39,956 bases of DNA from contig CAVOID010000006.1 in the NCBI GenBank assembly GCA_963695875.1, positions 1 through 39,956 on the forward strand, given 5' to 3'. Under the pieces are notes generated by a model. It worked only from the letters and a program-made list of their open reading frames with translations. It had not been told where the DNA came from and searched no databases. Below, in pieces: positions 39,721 to 39,956 of the stretch (position 1 is its first letter; the number at the start of each line of letters is the position of its first letter). This DNA is from an uncultured delta proteobacterium. GTDB lineage: Bacteria > Desulfobacterota > Syntrophia > Syntrophales > UBA2185. Both the position numbers and the translations under genes were made by a program.

Positions 39721-39956
39721 TTACAAAGCCGCAATGCTGATTTTGGAGGCGCCTTTAGCCTTCTTGAGAAGGTTCGCATCATCGATTATTTTACCAACAA
39801 GATTAACTGCACTTGCAGGAACGGGGTCAGGACCAGTGCTCATCGGTGTTGGTCCAAAGAATATAGCCATTGCCCTACCCGGCGGCCAGTAGCCAATGTC
39901 ACCACTTTTTACCTTTGCCGTTGCCGTTTCATCGAGAGACATAGCCACAGGTACTT
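39721..39956 (-). CDS. Cyclophilin-like fold protein (5' end outside window)
   Basis: GDIGYWPPGRAMAIFFGPTP...PASAVNLVG. Confidence 0.8.
   Translation of the reverse strand, partial: VPVAMSLDETATAKVKSGDIGYWPPGRAMAIFFGPTPMSTGPDPVPASAVNLVGKIIDDANLLKKAKGASKISIAAL

Noticed and set aside
1..39956. CRISPR array, rRNA, prophage
   Set aside because: No repeat-spacer periodicity, rRNA signatures or phage genes; the repeats found are coding duplications or palindromes

Overview
A 40-kb chromosomal window from an anaerobic bacterium, probably Desulfobacterota/Syntrophales-like (inferred from gene content: Sec-dependent Fdh, selC, mfd-PPIase-surA-uvrA block, sigma54 promoter). 1-10.5 kb is a decayed accessory region: USP, two SHOCT paralogues, MarR, Pal, an atypical ClC, a Cys-less HMA-like protein, remnants of a kinase-lipoprotein-regulator system, a short PII and an MsrPQ-like pair. 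10.5-16.6 kb is a formate/CO2 module: selenocysteine formate dehydrogenase with SECIS, OFA-family antiporter, ferritin-like protein, gamma carbonic anhydrase and USP. Next come ftsY, a phosphatase, ftcD and tRNA-Arg(CCT). A ~7.4-kb accessory island between tRNA-Arg and tRNA-Sec contains a complete IS110 element (20180-21420). Its left non-coding end encodes a readable bridge RNA whose four guide segments match the element's own target flanks and donor ends, which is the standout feature. The remainder is moeA, mfd, surA, uvrA and housekeeping genes. About ten single-base frameshifts, including in ftsY and mfd, point to long-read indel error rather than real pseudogenisation.
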